From Octopus sinensis (lineage: Eukaryota), in the NCBI RefSeq assembly GCF_006345805.1, contig NC_043000.1, positions 4,836,001-4,900,000 of the forward strand: 64,000 nt of DNA. The letters are read 5' to 3'. Both the position numbers and the translations under genes were made by a program. Shown here in pieces: positions 1-13,433 of this stretch. Each line of letters begins with the position of its first letter. Positions within the stretch are counted from its first letter, which is position 1. The notes beneath the pieces are model-generated. The model did no database searches, was not told where the DNA came from, and saw nothing but the letters and a program-made list of their open reading frames with translations.

Positions 1-800
1 AGAAAAGTAATTCATATAAAAATAACAGGAACCATATTCCTGATATAGGTAGTTGTCATCATAACTAGTAAAAAGGATGGGAGAGAGGAATACTCAACCA
101 CTTTTTTTTTCTTTTAACACATCCTGTTTGCATATTAGCCTGCATATTGAGAGTGTACTGAAGTTTCTATCTTTAATAATAATAATAATAATAATAATAA
201 AGTTCCAAAAGGTTATGTGCACTTCCCTTCCTCCTCTAGCTGAACTACATAAAAATATAAAAATATTTTTTAAAAAATTAAAAACAATAACTTCATCTTT
301 GTGTAATCTGTCAGTGATAATCTGGTCTTGTAAAACACTTTTACCACCACACCACCACGATCCCTACAATTGCTACTGCTGTTGTTGCCAAGGCCGCCAA
401 CAGCACCACCACCACCACTACTTTACATCTATTTTCTATGTAGGCATGGATTGGATGGACTGTTTACAATCTGAGTCAATTCTTATCCTGGGTTACTACT
501 TTTGTAGAGGACCACATCTCACTTGGACATTCTACCACCAATAAGAAATCCTGGGAATGAAGAGTAAATGAAATGAACAAATGATGCATCTGGGAATTGA
601 ACTCATGTCAGAAACAACATGCTGAGAGCTTTACAACCATTTCTTGGCAATAACACATAGAGAGTGAAAGAGGAAACAAAAGAGCAGCAAGGAAAAAATT
701 TCATGTCTGTGTTGTTGCTGAATCAACATCTTCCATTCCATTGTGTTTACCAAAATACATTCACAAATTAATTTGTGCTTATCCTTACCTATGGCCATGA

Positions 801-1236
801 ATGTTGGGTAATGACCAAAAGAGTACAATCATGAATACTAGCAGCAAAATTGGGGCTCTGTACAAAGGATCTCTAGAGTGGACATTACTGGACATAGTAC
901 ATAATTCAGAGATCAGGAAGTCTCTCCAGGTCAAATTACCCTTTCTCTGCATTCAGAGATTACAGCTCTTGTACAGTGGACATGTGATTAGAATGTCACA
1001 GGTAAGAATTGCTAAACACATTCTTCAAGTCAAGCCAACCATTAGGAGACCTAGAGGTAGACTAAGAATGAGATGGTTGGGTAATATCCATAGTTTCAGT
1101 TAATCATGCTTGGCAAAGCTACCAAAAAGTGCAATGATGGTTGCTTCTGCTGGGACCCTATGGAGACCCTACTCACATGAACCTCCCAGAAATAGTGGAT
1201 GGAGAAAATGGCTGGATGAATGGATGGATGGATGGA
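801..1236 (+). mobile_element. RTE-X/Expander-type LINE 3' fragment with (GGAT)n tail
   Basis: ORF 801-1103 has RT C-terminal motifs (NSEIRKSL, QLLYSGHVIRMS, RRPRGRLRMRW); ends in ggatgaatggatggatggatgg. Confidence 0.8.
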
Positions 1237-1565
1237 AATAAATTTTCTATGTAGAACATTTTGAAACCATCCACTTGCTTAAATCTGTGTTTTTCATCTT
1301 TTTCCTTAATGGTTTGATTGGAGGATGAGGAACAGGGTCCATGAACATTTTCAGGGCATCAGGGAGGGATTTATATTCAGACCTGAGACCTGGTTCAAAT
1401 GCTGTACAGTGTGGTCAAACACCAAATAATAAGGGTGCAAAGCAAACCTCATAACCACACAACCATATTAATGTATGAACAAAAATGAGTCAGGAAAAAA
1501 GGGTTAAAAAGAAGAGTTAAGAATTAGAAATAAAAATGGAACAAAAAATAAATTTTTTTTTTTAC

Positions 1566-1657
1566 CTGTCATTAGAAAATACCACAGTGATGAAAGGAAC
1601 AGGCCATAGTGTCATTTGAGATCTCCAATGAGGGAACACATCTTATATGGTCTATGT
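1566..1657 (-). other. candidate host exon (92 nt), possibly 5'UTR or start-codon exon
   Basis: minus strand: tctatttttcAG acceptor and CAG|GTAAA donor around unique sequence; no frame is open throughout. Confidence 0.35.
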
Positions 1658-2039
1658 CTGAAAAATAGATTTAAATAAATGAATATATAAATATATAAAT
1701 AACAGATATTTGTTTGGTTAGTTCTAGACTATTTTATTTATTTTTGTATGTTTAACATACAGTGTTTCAATAGCTCTCTCTCTCTCTCTCTCTCTCTCCA
1801 GAGATTTAGGGAGATCTCTCTCTCACCAACATTCTCCAACCAATGGACTTCAGAAGTGCTGTCTCTGTATTCTGTCCTTTTGATTGCAACAACAATGGCC
1901 CCTGCTCCTTAGAACTAGTTAGCTAGCAATATACCACATTATATCTTACTGAAAGGAGAGGCATTTAGTAATGAGCAGACTTTATAAGCAACACAGCAAT
2001 TTGTCAAACTGAGTGCAGGCACTTTCCTAATAAGAACAA

Positions 2040-2300
2040 GTAATAATGAACTTATTGCATTCAGTGCTCAGAAAAAGTAACCAAAAGTGCATGAACAGTA
2101 CAAAGAATAATGCACAGGAAATGAACAGTGAATGAGCCATTTAAAAAGAAGTGGTGGTGGAGGGACATCAGGTGTACTGTTGATGAATTTCAGGAAGCAT
2201 GGATGTTTTGAAGGATGTTGCATCCCGACATCTAACAACTGATGTGGGTAGTTTATTCCATGCTCCATCAATTCGGAGCTTTTCATAACAGCATATGTTT
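2040..2300 (-). mobile_element. CR1-type LINE 3' fragment
   Basis: minus translation LRIDGAWNKLPTSVVRCRDATSFK matches the CR1 ORF2 C-terminus. Confidence 0.6.
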
Positions 2301-2327
2301 TGAAGAGCCCATTGTTTGTTGTTTTGT

Positions 2328-2632
2328 TGTTGTTTGTTCCTTCTCGAGCCATGTCTGGCTCATAAGGGCTGCTTTCTTGGTTTCATTGGCATATAGGTTC
2401 CCCACCTGGATGGGACGCCAGTCTATCGCAGGTGAGCTGCTAGATACAGGAGGAAAGAGTAAAAGAAAGTTGTGGCAAAAGGGTCAGTAGAGGTTCGCCA
2501 TTGCCTTCAGCCTGAGCCACGTGGAGCTTAAGTGTTTCGCTCATAAGCACACACATCACCCAGTCTGAGATTTGAACCTGCAATCCCTCAACCACGAGGC
2601 TGCTGCCCTAACCACTAGGCAATGTGTCTCCT
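2328..2632 (-). mobile_element. tRNA-derived SINE (head shared with family D)
   Basis: A/B-box head on minus strand; similar to 62190-62361. Confidence 0.6.
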
Positions 2633-3309
2633 CCCATTGTTTGGGTTAGATCATTTTTTAGTATAATTTTTGACTTCCAGTGCAGTAGTAGTAAAGAAGG
2701 TTCAATCCAAAACATTGATAGATCAAATTCATATCAGTCTGACTTACCAGGCATATTCAAGCTCATCTGACATAGCTACCTCCCCGCATCACCTAGTTTA
2801 TGTCTCCCTCTCACTAGATCTGACAATAACAAGTAACACCCAATCCTAACTCCCCCCCAGAATGTTATACCCTCTGGAATTCTCTTCACAATGTATGTTG
2901 ATTCACAGCTGTTCAACTTGAATCGCAATAGTATGAATGTAATCCACCCTGGTGGGCCTGACTAACACCATCCATCCATACACACACAAGAATATAACTG
3001 GGGTAAAATTTAAGACAAAAATCTTAAAATCTGTTGATACAAATTTATATGCCTTGGCCTAATACAAACAAAAATAGTACAAAAAGAAAAATCAATAAAA
3101 AAAAAACTGCAGATATTGAAAGACAAATAGATAAATTGTTACTTGGTTGACTATTTGGTGATTATTACACACTCACACTTTTTTGGGGGGAAAAAAAAAT
3201 CAATTACCATTTTTGTAATGACTATTCTATGCATATTGGAAATATATTGTGAGTTATGAAAACTTGGAACAAAATTGTAAAACCAATTGAGACTAGAAAT
3301 TCATTTGCG

Positions 3310-3609
3310 TCTGTGTGTGCACGCATGTGTGTATGTGTGTGTTAGTGTGTGTGTTAGTTAGTGTGTGTGTGTGTGTGTGTGTGCACGCATGTGTGTATGT
3401 GTGTGTTAGTGTGTGTGTGTTAGTTAGTGTGTGTGTGTGTGTGTGTGTGTGTTAGTGTGTGTGTTAGTTAGTGTGTGTGTGTGTGTGTGCACGCATGTGT
3501 GTGTGTTAGTGTGTGTGTGTTAGTTAGTGTGTGTGTGTGTGTGTGTATGTGTGTGTTAGTGTGTGTGTTAGTTAGTGTGTGTGTGTGTGTGTTAGTGTGT
3601 GTGTGTTAG

Positions 3610-3646
<37 letters not shown>
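3310..3646. repeat. compound (GT)n microsatellite with recurrent TTAG and GCACGCAT interruptions
   Basis: direct inspection. Confidence 0.95.
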
Positions 3647-3648
<2 letters not shown>

Positions 3649-4559
3649 TCATTATCATCTTCACCATTTTATGTCTATTTTCTATGCTGGCTTAGGCTGA
3701 ATGGTTTGACAGGAGCTGGCAAGCCAGAGGACTGCACCAGGCTCTCATGTCTGCTTTCGCATGGTCTCCATGGCTGAATGTCCTTTCTGGTGCCAACCAC
3801 TTTACAGAGTGTAGCAGGTGCTTTTAGCATGACACCAGCAGCACTAGTGAAGACACCAAGAAACTTGCAAGGCAAGGCTCCTCAACTGAGCAGAGAGTGG
3901 TAGGGTGGAGGGAGGTAGTTTTGTGTCAGGTGAGATGAGAGATTAAAGCATGATAGATGGATAGAAACAGGTGTCTTGCTGTAGAGGGACAACTGGTTCA
4001 GTAGGAAAGAGAGAGGGAGAGAGAGAAAGAAAGAAGAGAGACAGACAGACAGATAGAGAAGATGGTGGTAAAGATGTGTCTGGGTGTACCATCAAGCTAC
4101 AGGGTAGTGAGTATAAGTGAAGTGGTAGAAAGGACTGGACAGGGTGAGTGGGCAGGTAAGGTCACAGGAATGCAAAAGGAGAGTGGGAGATACATGAGAG
4201 GGGAATGCAGTGAGGGAACACTGTTTATTGCATTATGTAAATTACACATCTACCAGAGAACCCAGGGATGGATTAAGACTCACAGAGGCCCTAACCACTT
4301 AAAAGATTGTGGTGTCCCCATATATATGTAATTCAAAATATAGACAATAATAAACAATAAAATGAATGTTTATTTTTCAAAATTAAAAAAGATGGAGAAT
4401 AATGTTTATTTTTGTCATTTTATTTATATTTCAAAAGTTTTTTCTTACATTTCTTAATGGCAAAGTCTTTGATCAGACCCTCACTATGAAACAATGAACA
4501 CTTCAAAATTATATTTACGGTCATATAAACTGCTTTGAGTGTTATTTTAGCAAGTTTAA

Positions 4560-4779
4560 CCCTTTTGTTACCAACCCAGCTGAAACTGGCTCTGGCTCTG
4601 AGTACAAATGTCTTGTTTCCATAAGTTTTGAATTAAAATCTTCCACCAAACCTTAGTCACAATTTATGTTCCTAAAACTAGCTGAATGACAACTAAGTTA
4701 TTTTACTAAATTCTTTGTTATATTTAAAGTAATTGAAAGAAACACAGAGCATCTCAAAATAAATACAGTAAAAAAAGGG
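4560..4779. mobile_element. piggyBac-type MITE
   Basis: TTAA|CCCTTTT...AAAAGGG|TTAA termini; related copies at 38560-38781 and 42254-42474. Confidence 0.8.
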
Positions 4780-4911
4780 TTAAAGTGATATCTTTTGAGC
4801 TGTAAATCATTTACCATCTCTGTGGTTCCCTATTTCTCCTGATGCCCTAGTTTGTGTTTATTCTGCTGAATGGTTAATTCATATCTGCTAGTACCAAATA
4901 TAATTAACTGG

Positions 4912-5229
4912 TACTCAGTTGGTTATGATGATAAGGGTTCCAGTTGATTGGATCAATGGAACAGCCTGCTCGTGAAATTAATGTGCATGTGAGCACTCCA
5001 CAGACATGTGTACCCTTAACATAGTTCTCTGGGTAATTCTGTGTGAGATACAGTGTGACAAGGTTGGCCTTTTGAAATACTGGTACTACTCATTTTTGCC
5101 AGCTGAGTCAACTGGAGTAACATGAAATAAAGTGTCTTGCTCAAGGACACAACGCGTCGCCGGGAATTGAACATACAACTTTGCAATCATGATCCGAATG
5201 CCCCAAGCACTGAGCCACATGCCTTCACT
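4912..5229 (-). mobile_element. SINE family D
   Basis: shares the ggaacagcctgctcgtgaaattaa...gagcactccacagac body with copies at 39138, 50798 and 62003. Confidence 0.8.
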
Positions 5230-5495
5230 AGAACTTAATATAAGGAGTAAACTTTAATTCATCAAAATAGTTTTCAAAATATCTTTCAGCATCATCATCA
5301 TTTGAACGTCCCCTTTTCCATGTTTGCATGGGTCAGATGGAATAATTCATTGGAGCAAATTTTCAACGGCTGGATGCCTTTCCTACTGCCAAGTCCAGAC
5401 CTGTTTTTACAGAGGACTGGAAATGAAGGACATCACTTGTATGATGGAGATGCTCATTTACAGCTATCACATGATGACAAGACAATGAAACACAA

Positions 5496-5545
<50 letters not shown>

Positions 5546-6333
5546 GTTCCTGAATTATCTAGACTCATGTTGTCAGCCCATTTGGTTTATTTCCCTTGAC
5601 TCTTGTTTTGTAATCACTCAACAAGTATGCGCTTAAGCAAAACATAATCTTCTGTTTATTTGAAATTATTTTGAGAAAATATTTCAGTGAGAATTGGGTA
5701 TTCAGGTGTAAAACACCTGAGATGTTAAATGAAAAAAAACAAGAAGCAAAAAAAAAGAATGGAAGAGAAAGAAAACAAAATCAAGCAAGTCATCATTATC
5801 ATCATCGTCATCGTCGTCATCACCATCATCCTTTAACATTCGTCAGTCTTCCATGCTGCTATTTACAAATCCACTATCAGTACCCCATCACACCCTATTG
5901 CCATCCCACTCTTCAAAATAAAAAGGAGAGAGATGGTGAGAGAGAGAGAGAAAGGAAGAGAGAGAGAAAGAGAGCGAGAGAAAGATAAAGGAAGAGAGAG
6001 AGAGAGAGACAGTGAGAATTGGGGAAAAGTAAAAACAATAACTGAGCCAGCAAAACAAAGAAAAAACAAATTGGTTGCTTCCTTTGCATTCAAGTCCAAC
6101 GCCCTAAATGCAGTGGAATCATCTAGCATACCGAAATAATAATATCACTAAATTATATTGAGGAAATGAGAGAAGAATATGAAATGCCAACACATCCTCC
6201 AGAGCTGGAGATAGTTTTTAATAAATCAAGAATTCATGTTCTGTGGCATCTGATATACCTGTATTTGCTTATGTTGTTCATATGCATGCCTCTGGCCACT
6301 GAGTATTTGTCTTAGTTCATTTTGTTTAAATTA

Positions 6334-6334
<1 letters not shown>

Positions 6335-6378
<44 letters not shown>

Positions 6379-6492
6379 ATATATATATAAATATTATATT
6401 TATAAATATATATAAATATATATATTTAAAATATATATTATATATATATATATAAATATATATATTTATAATATATATAAATATATATATTT

Positions 6493-6554
<62 letters not shown>

Positions 6555-6661
6555 TATAAATATATATAAATATATATATTTATAAATATATAGCATTATA
6601 TATATATAAATATATATATTTATAAAATATAAATATTAATTATTTATATATATATAAATAT

Positions 6662-6692
<31 letters not shown>

Positions 6693-6816
6693 TATATATC
6701 ATTTATAAATATATAATATATATATTTATAAATATATATATATATATATCTATATATATATATATATATAAATATAAATATAACCAATTACAGAGTTTAT
6801 ATAAATATATATTATT

Positions 6817-6848
<32 letters not shown>

Positions 6849-6876
6849 ATAAATATAAATATAACCAATTACAGGT

Positions 6877-6919
<43 letters not shown>

Positions 6920-7972
6920 TATTAAATATAAATATAACCATTACAGAGTTATATATAAATATATATATATATATATTATATATCATCTCATCATTATCAT
7001 TTAGCGTCCGTTTTCCATGCTAGCATGGGTTGACGGTTCTACTGGGGTCTGTGAAGCCAGAAGGCTTCATCAGGCCAGTCAAATCTGGCAGTGTTTCTAC
7101 GGCTGGATGCCCTTCCTAACGCCAACCACTCCGTGAGTGTAGTGGGTGCTTTTTACGTGCCACCCGCACTGGTGCCAGACAGAGCTGGCAAACGGCCACG
7201 AACGGATGGTGCTTTTTATGTGCCCAACGGCACGAGGGCCAGGCGAGGCTGGCAACGGACACGAAACGGGGCGGTGCTGGCAACGGTCGCGAAACGGAAA
7301 GTTCTCTTACATGCCACCAGCACTGGTAACACATCTGCAATTTCCATTGATCGATTTCCATTGATCGATTTCGATTCTGATCCTCACTTGCCTCAAGGGT
7401 CTTCACAAGCAGAGTTTCGACATGCCACCGGCACTGGTAGCACATCCGCAATTTCCATTGATCGATTCGATTCTGATCCTCACTTGCCTCAACACGTCTT
7501 CACAAGTAGAGTTTTGTGTCCCAAGAAGGGAAGGTATGCATACGTAGGCTGGCTCCTCCCATGTAGAAGGCCACGGGTTGTGGACTCACTTGTCCTGCCG
7601 GGTCTTCTCTCGCGCACAGCACACTTCCAGAGGTCTCGGTCTCTAGTCATTTCCTCAGTGAGACTAAAGTTCGAAGGTCGTGCTTCACCACCTCGTCCCA
7701 GGTTTTCCTGGGTCTGCCTCTTCCACAGGTTCCCTCAACCGCTAGGTGTGGCACTTTTTCACATAACAACTATCTTCATCCATTCTCGCCACATACCATA
7801 CCATATATAATTATATAATATATATATATATAATATAACCAATTACAGAGTTTATAAATATATATATTATATATATATTATATATATATATATATATATA
7901 ATATAACCAATTACAGGTTATATTAAATATAATATATATATAAATATATAAATATAATGAACATTACAGAGT

Positions 7973-8027
<55 letters not shown>

Positions 8028-8190
8028 AATATAATATAACCAATTACAGAGTTATATTAAATATATTATATAATATATATATATATTATATATAAATATA
8101 ATATAACCAATTACAGATATATATAATATATAATATATATATATATATATATATAATATAATATATAAATATAACCAATACAAATTAAGT

Positions 8191-8224
<34 letters not shown>

Positions 8225-8345
8225 CTATATATATATATATAAATTTATATATATATATATATAAATAAATTTATATATTATATATATAAATATATTATAT
8301 ATATATATATATATAATAAAATTATTATAAATATATATACATATA
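6335..8345. repeat. (TA)n field with recurrent AACCAATTACAGAGTT motif, split by an RTE insertion
   Basis: motif or near variants at ~6782, 6863, 6936, 7837, 7905, 7960, 8038, 8105, 8172. Confidence 0.9.
6983..7803 (-). mobile_element. RTE LINE 3' end (ORF C-terminus, long repeat-containing 3'UTR, (GAT)n tail)
   Basis: minus strand encodes ARMDED...GRGRPRKTWDEVVKHDL; homologous to 21288-22052. Confidence 0.85.
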
Positions 8346-8371
8346 GATATATATACATCTATACATACACA

Positions 8372-8403
<32 letters not shown>

Positions 8404-8620
8404 TCTTTAATCTTTTACTTGTTTCAGTCATTAGACTGTGGCCATTCTGGGCACTGCCTTGAAGAATTTTTAGCTGAATTTTTGTTATACCTGGTACTTA
8501 TTCTATCAGTCGCTTTTTGCTGAAGTGCCAAGTTATGGGGATGTAAACACACCAACACTTGTTGTCAGTGGTAGTGGGGGACAGACACAGACACACAGAC
8601 ACATGCATACATACATACAT
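8404..8620 (-). mobile_element. SINE family A, 3' half (5' half at 13434-13598)
   Basis: tail cttttacttgtttcagtcatt...; ends at the internal (CA)n/(TA)n. Confidence 0.75.
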
Positions 8621-8678
8621 AAATTTTTATGGTATCTATCCACAATTCAAAAACCAAACAGCACAAGTACAAATGCCA

Positions 8679-8969
8679 CTAAAGTGACTAAGGGTGCAAG
8701 TGAGCACCAGCACTGCTAGAAATAAGAGTCAAAACAACTCTTAGCCACAGGCAATCACTTATCTATCAACTAACAAGGGAGACCAGCCTCCCTAAAGCAA
8801 GCGATGTTGGAAAATTCCAAGCCGTGCACTACCAACACATGAAGCTCAATGTGTAGGGAGGTTGGTCTCCCTTGTCAGTCAATAGATAAGTGCTTGCTCA
8901 TGTCTAAGAGTTGTTTTGACTCTTATTTCTAGCACTGCAGGTACTCTTTTGCATGCTTAGTCACTATAG
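8679..8969. mobile_element. foldback MITE with ~115 bp inverted arms
   Basis: 8679-8794 pairs with 8854-8969 (tgctagaaataagagtcaaaacaactcttag / ctaagagttgttttgactcttatttctagca). Confidence 0.8.
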
Positions 8970-8999
8970 CGAAGTTTGCTTATATACATACATATATAT

Positions 9000-9392
9000 C
9001 AGGGATGTGCCGCCTAGGTAGACAAGGTAGGCAGTGCCTACCTTGAATAAAATAGATCGATAGCAACATTTTCCTTTCATGGCAAAGTATGCACTTAATT
9101 CAATAAAATCATGAATGTTACTCTGATTACTATGCATAAAGTACGAAATACTTTATTTTTTGTAGATTGGGTAGGCATAATTCGCCCTACCTTTCAATCT
9201 CAGTATTTAAGCTACGCGTAGTACTGCTGTAGTACACATGCTGCATACACTCCTACAACACCATTTTCTTTACAAACTATAAAGGTAGAAGTAAATCTGC
9301 CTTCAACTCAGTCAAACCCTGTATGTTGCTTATTTTTTGTGTATTTTACTACATAAAGGTCACCAACTACCTACCCTGACAGCACGTGCCTG
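9000..9392. mobile_element. non-autonomous hAT (Tip100-like) MITE
   Basis: imperfect TIR CAGGGATGTGCCG / CAGGCACGTGCTG; 8 bp ATATATAT on both sides. Confidence 0.75.
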
Positions 9393-9412
9393 ATATATAT
9401 TTATTTATATAT

Positions 9413-12400
9413 CAGTGGCGTGCGGTGACTTCCGGCGTTGGGCATGCAATTAATTTCATTGCCCCCCCCCTCCCACCGGCAATTTTTCAGTAAAACATTT
9501 TCGTATTCCTACGATTTACATATAAGAGATTCTGAATATGCAGAATAAACAGGAAATAAAAAATGGCTGTGCAGAGATGATCCTGAAATAAGTGTATTGT
9601 TTGTATTATTCTTTGCTCTTCGAAACGTCAGTACTTTCCCATCCTCATTCTCCCTTAGAAAAGTCTAAAAATCATAAGTGAAATGTAATAAAGATGAAAT
9701 TGGATTCTGTCAATATTTTTGCATATTCAGAATCTCTGTTAAAGGTAGGAATCCGAAAAAAAATTTTCACATAAATTCGTTTTTCAAAGGGGTGCGATTC
9801 TGCATTAGCCCCTATACCTATCGGTTGAGCTGAATGAAATGATTTAATTAAAAGAACACATTTAGTTACATTATATGGCCATGGTTTTAGATCGTTACGC
9901 TCTCGAAGACAAGTCAGGTTCTTTATCATGCTACTTGTCAATTCCGGGAAAATTATTGACTGTTCTGAGACTTACTGAACTCCGTACATTAAAGGACTAC
10001 GTCTCACGCACAAACATTGAAAATACACGCATATACATGAATACGCACACAATGAAAGACAGCGAAAATTCAACATTGTAAAAAGCCTCCCAAAACTGTT
10101 GTGGCAGAAGTCAACATCTCTGAGATTGAAACAAGACACTTATTGAAAGTGAAACAAAACACTTATTTACGGCCGTAAATAGACTACACCCGCAGCACAG
10201 AAAGGGAAATCTATGTAGGTAGGTTTCACGAAGAAATCAAAACATTTCTCCTGCGAAACAATACTGATGTAAGAAGGTCGAACCTTACGTTATAACAAAC
10301 ACTAAGCAAAACCTGTAATATATGCTCTTTAATATATATTTTTTTTAATGTTTTAAAATGTTACTTAGCTCATTTATAAAATTCAATTCTTCTTCGATCT
10401 TTTGGGCAAATATATCTATCACATTTTCATAGAAATCTTCTCTTTTCATCAATTCTTGTAATAAATCTTTTTCAATTGACATTAGTGCTAACCCAGACAG
10501 TCTTCTTTCTCCTGTCGCATTTCTTTGGTATGTTTTAATTCTACTTAATGCAGAAAAGGATCGCTCTACAGAAGCAGTGGTAGACGGAATTGTCAAAATC
10601 AACTTGCACAGATTGAAGAGTTCTGGCATAGCTTCAACAAGATCAGTGCTGTTAATGTAACTCATTAAATGACTTACACTTGGTTTTTTAAAATCTTTCA
10701 TTGAATACATCACATTGAGCTCACTTTGTAATCGTATTACATCAAAAAATCTGCCATAAGTTGTTCTTAAAGAATCTAAAGAGTCCACAGGAAATTGTTT
10801 GCAATACTCATCAACTTTGTTGAAATTCAAAAGTTCCATGAATTTAAACTCTTCTAAGGATGAATATCGTGCTTTTATTTGGTCAACTATTGTACTTATA
10901 ATTTTGTTATAAAGCGTTCTATAATGTCGTTGGGGATCAATAGATATATTCTTGGATCTCTGAATTCCGATTCCTGCATCGACTCCATATTTTTCCCCTA
11001 ACCTATCATAAAAGACTGAAAAATTATCAAGTTTGTTTTCGAGTACAGTTCTAGTTTTATCTATTTGCTGTTTACAATACACTATGTCATGACTTTTACT
11101 CTGGAGTATGTTAAATAAGACGTCAGTAAAAGAAAAAATGTCACTGAATACCTCTAACAAAAATAAGAAATCAGGAGCTTTTAAAATGTGTAAGAATCCA
11201 ATTGCTGAATTTATGGTGGTCTCATCCCATGCTTCAGGATTTTCAATGATGTGTTCAAAAAGGCTGATTATGAAATTATAATTTTCCTTTGTGGTAATAA
11301 TAAGACGTGAGGAGTAATTCCATCTAGTTGCTGTTGCTTTCGGAAATCTTTTTTTAACATGTATTCAATGTATTCAATGCATTAGTCCTTTTCGGTGATT
11401 TCGTAAAAAATGTACCGAGTCCATTTATTGTAGAAAAAAATATCTTGCATTCTTTCATAGCAGAGCATGATTGTGAAAGAACTAAATTTAGGATATGGGC
11501 ACAACAATGAATAAAGATCGCACATTCATATTTCTTTCTTACTTTTGCCTGTAACCCATTTAGTTGTCCTGCCATTGTAGCGGCACCATCATATGTCTGC
11601 GCAATCAATTTGTTTCCACATTCCCACGTCTCAATGCATTTAAAAACATGTTCAGATAAAGCATTTGCAGATCGATCTGCACTAACATCACTAAAACCGA
11701 TAAATCGTTCTTTCGTCACACAGTCTTCTGTAACATAACGTAAAACTGTTGACAGTTGTGAAGATGCTGAGACATCAGATGTCTCATCAAACTTAGCTTG
11801 GTCAATTTCCTTCTGCATCTCATTCAACATAACTTTATGAATTGCTTCGATCAAGTCATTTTGAATTCTGTTCGACAGACCAGTGAAGATAGAAGCTGTA
11901 TCTAAATGACTTTCCATTTGTTTGTCATACTTACTGATCAAATAAACGAGTTCTTTATAATTTCCCCGATTATTAGAGCCTTCAGATTCAAAATGACCCC
12001 GAAACGATAATTCCTGGAGGCCTAAAAAAATAACAACATCGATCAATCGTTGCAGAATGGATCTGTTTCGTCGAACTTTCTCATTATGCTGTTGTATGCT
12101 TTGATTTTTACGTGCATCTAATTGTAAGTCTATGCGAACATTCCCGAATATTTTAAGGTCTATCAAACATTTTATATGCCTTTGAGAACGCTCGTGCTTT
12201 AGCATAGCCATATGTAAATTATTTAATCATCATAGCCTTTATCATTCCAAACATTTTTCTAAGCCAAAAAGTAAACACGGCCAACAGAATAATTTATTAA
12301 GAGCAACACTTCCAGTTAACCATTTCTTCTTTTCATACGAATTAACCTGAAATTGTCTCGTGAATTTCTTGTTGTAGCTTCGCAAATTAGGTAAATTCGG

Positions 12401-13179
12401 TGTTGGTCTCCCGCGATTTATAATTAATTTTTTCCCATCGAAGTCCCTTTTAGAAAAACTAGTTCTCAAAATATCGTTTATAGCACACATTTCACTCATT
12501 TTAAAAAGGCTGCTCTTATTTAAGGACCCACGTGGAAGCGTCGGCGTAAATTTTAAGTCAATTTCAACAAAACGGAAAAATACCCTTTGTTAAATTAATT
12601 TAAGATTAATTAGCTATTTCTGAAATAAGAAATATAATGTAGATATTTTTGCTTTCAAAACTTTCTAAAAATATGATAGTGCAAACGGATGTTTTGGATA
12701 AAAATTTCAAACTTACATGCGAAGGCTATTCCAACATTTCAGCTGGCTAAAACAAGAATTATGGGACGGCTCGTGTTCCGGTCAAAATAGCCAGAGGCGT
12801 GATATGCGATCTAAGCACAGCATGACACGCCAAACTGAATTTGTCGAATCGCTGAGAGAGAAGGGGGTGACCATTCCTCGTAGTATATCTTTTAAACAAA
12901 GAAGAGGGAGAAGGGACAAACTATCAAAGACAGAGAGAAGGGACTCATGCTGTCTTCCCAACGCATGACAAGCGATAAATTTATCGAGTCACTAAGATAG
13001 AGAGAGAGAGAGAGAGGAAGGAAGGACAAACTAATACAGACAGAGAGGGAGTGTGTATCATGCGATCTTCTAAAAGCATTTATCAAAGCAGATGTACGAA
13101 GTGGAGACAATATTTCTAAAACAACTTGAAACAAGGAAGGCATGCAGCGCATACCTTGCATTGCTGAGAGTGCACGCCC

Positions 13180-13182
<3 letters not shown>
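9413..13182 (-). mobile_element. hAT DNA transposon, Tip100-like, near full length
   Basis: TIR CAGTGGCGTGC (9413) / CAGGGGCGTGC (revcomp, ending 13182); TA-rich flanks; internal transposase. Confidence 0.9.
10345..12499 (-). pseudogene. hAT transposase (ZMYM1-like: TTF zinc finger, DUF4371, RNaseH-like DDE, C-terminal dimerisation), two frameshifts
   Basis: three consecutive ORFs with LFCWPCLLF, FRGH...NRGNY.ELV, DETSDVS, QTYDGAATM, IHCCAHILNL, TRWN (linker) and TIPSTTASVERSFSAL. Confidence 0.92.
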
Positions 13183-13214
<32 letters not shown>

Positions 13215-13362
13215 AATTGAGATAGGGGTTGTACACTGTTTTGTTCTACATTATTATGTTTAACCTTATAGTTTCTTATGTGGTGGTTTAATAAAGTATG
13301 TGATTGAGTATTATCTGGTAATTGATATTTGATTTCCATGTATTTCTCCATTTTATTATTTT

Positions 13363-13415
<53 letters not shown>

Positions 13416-13433
13416 ATATATATTTATATATAC

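Noticed and set aside
7091-7810. 239 aa plus-strand ORF
   Set aside because: Antisense reading of the RTE 3' end; no protein motif.
10345-12499. Domesticated ZMYM1-like host gene
   Set aside because: TIRs are present, and it is intronless and frameshifted, so it is a transposon copy.
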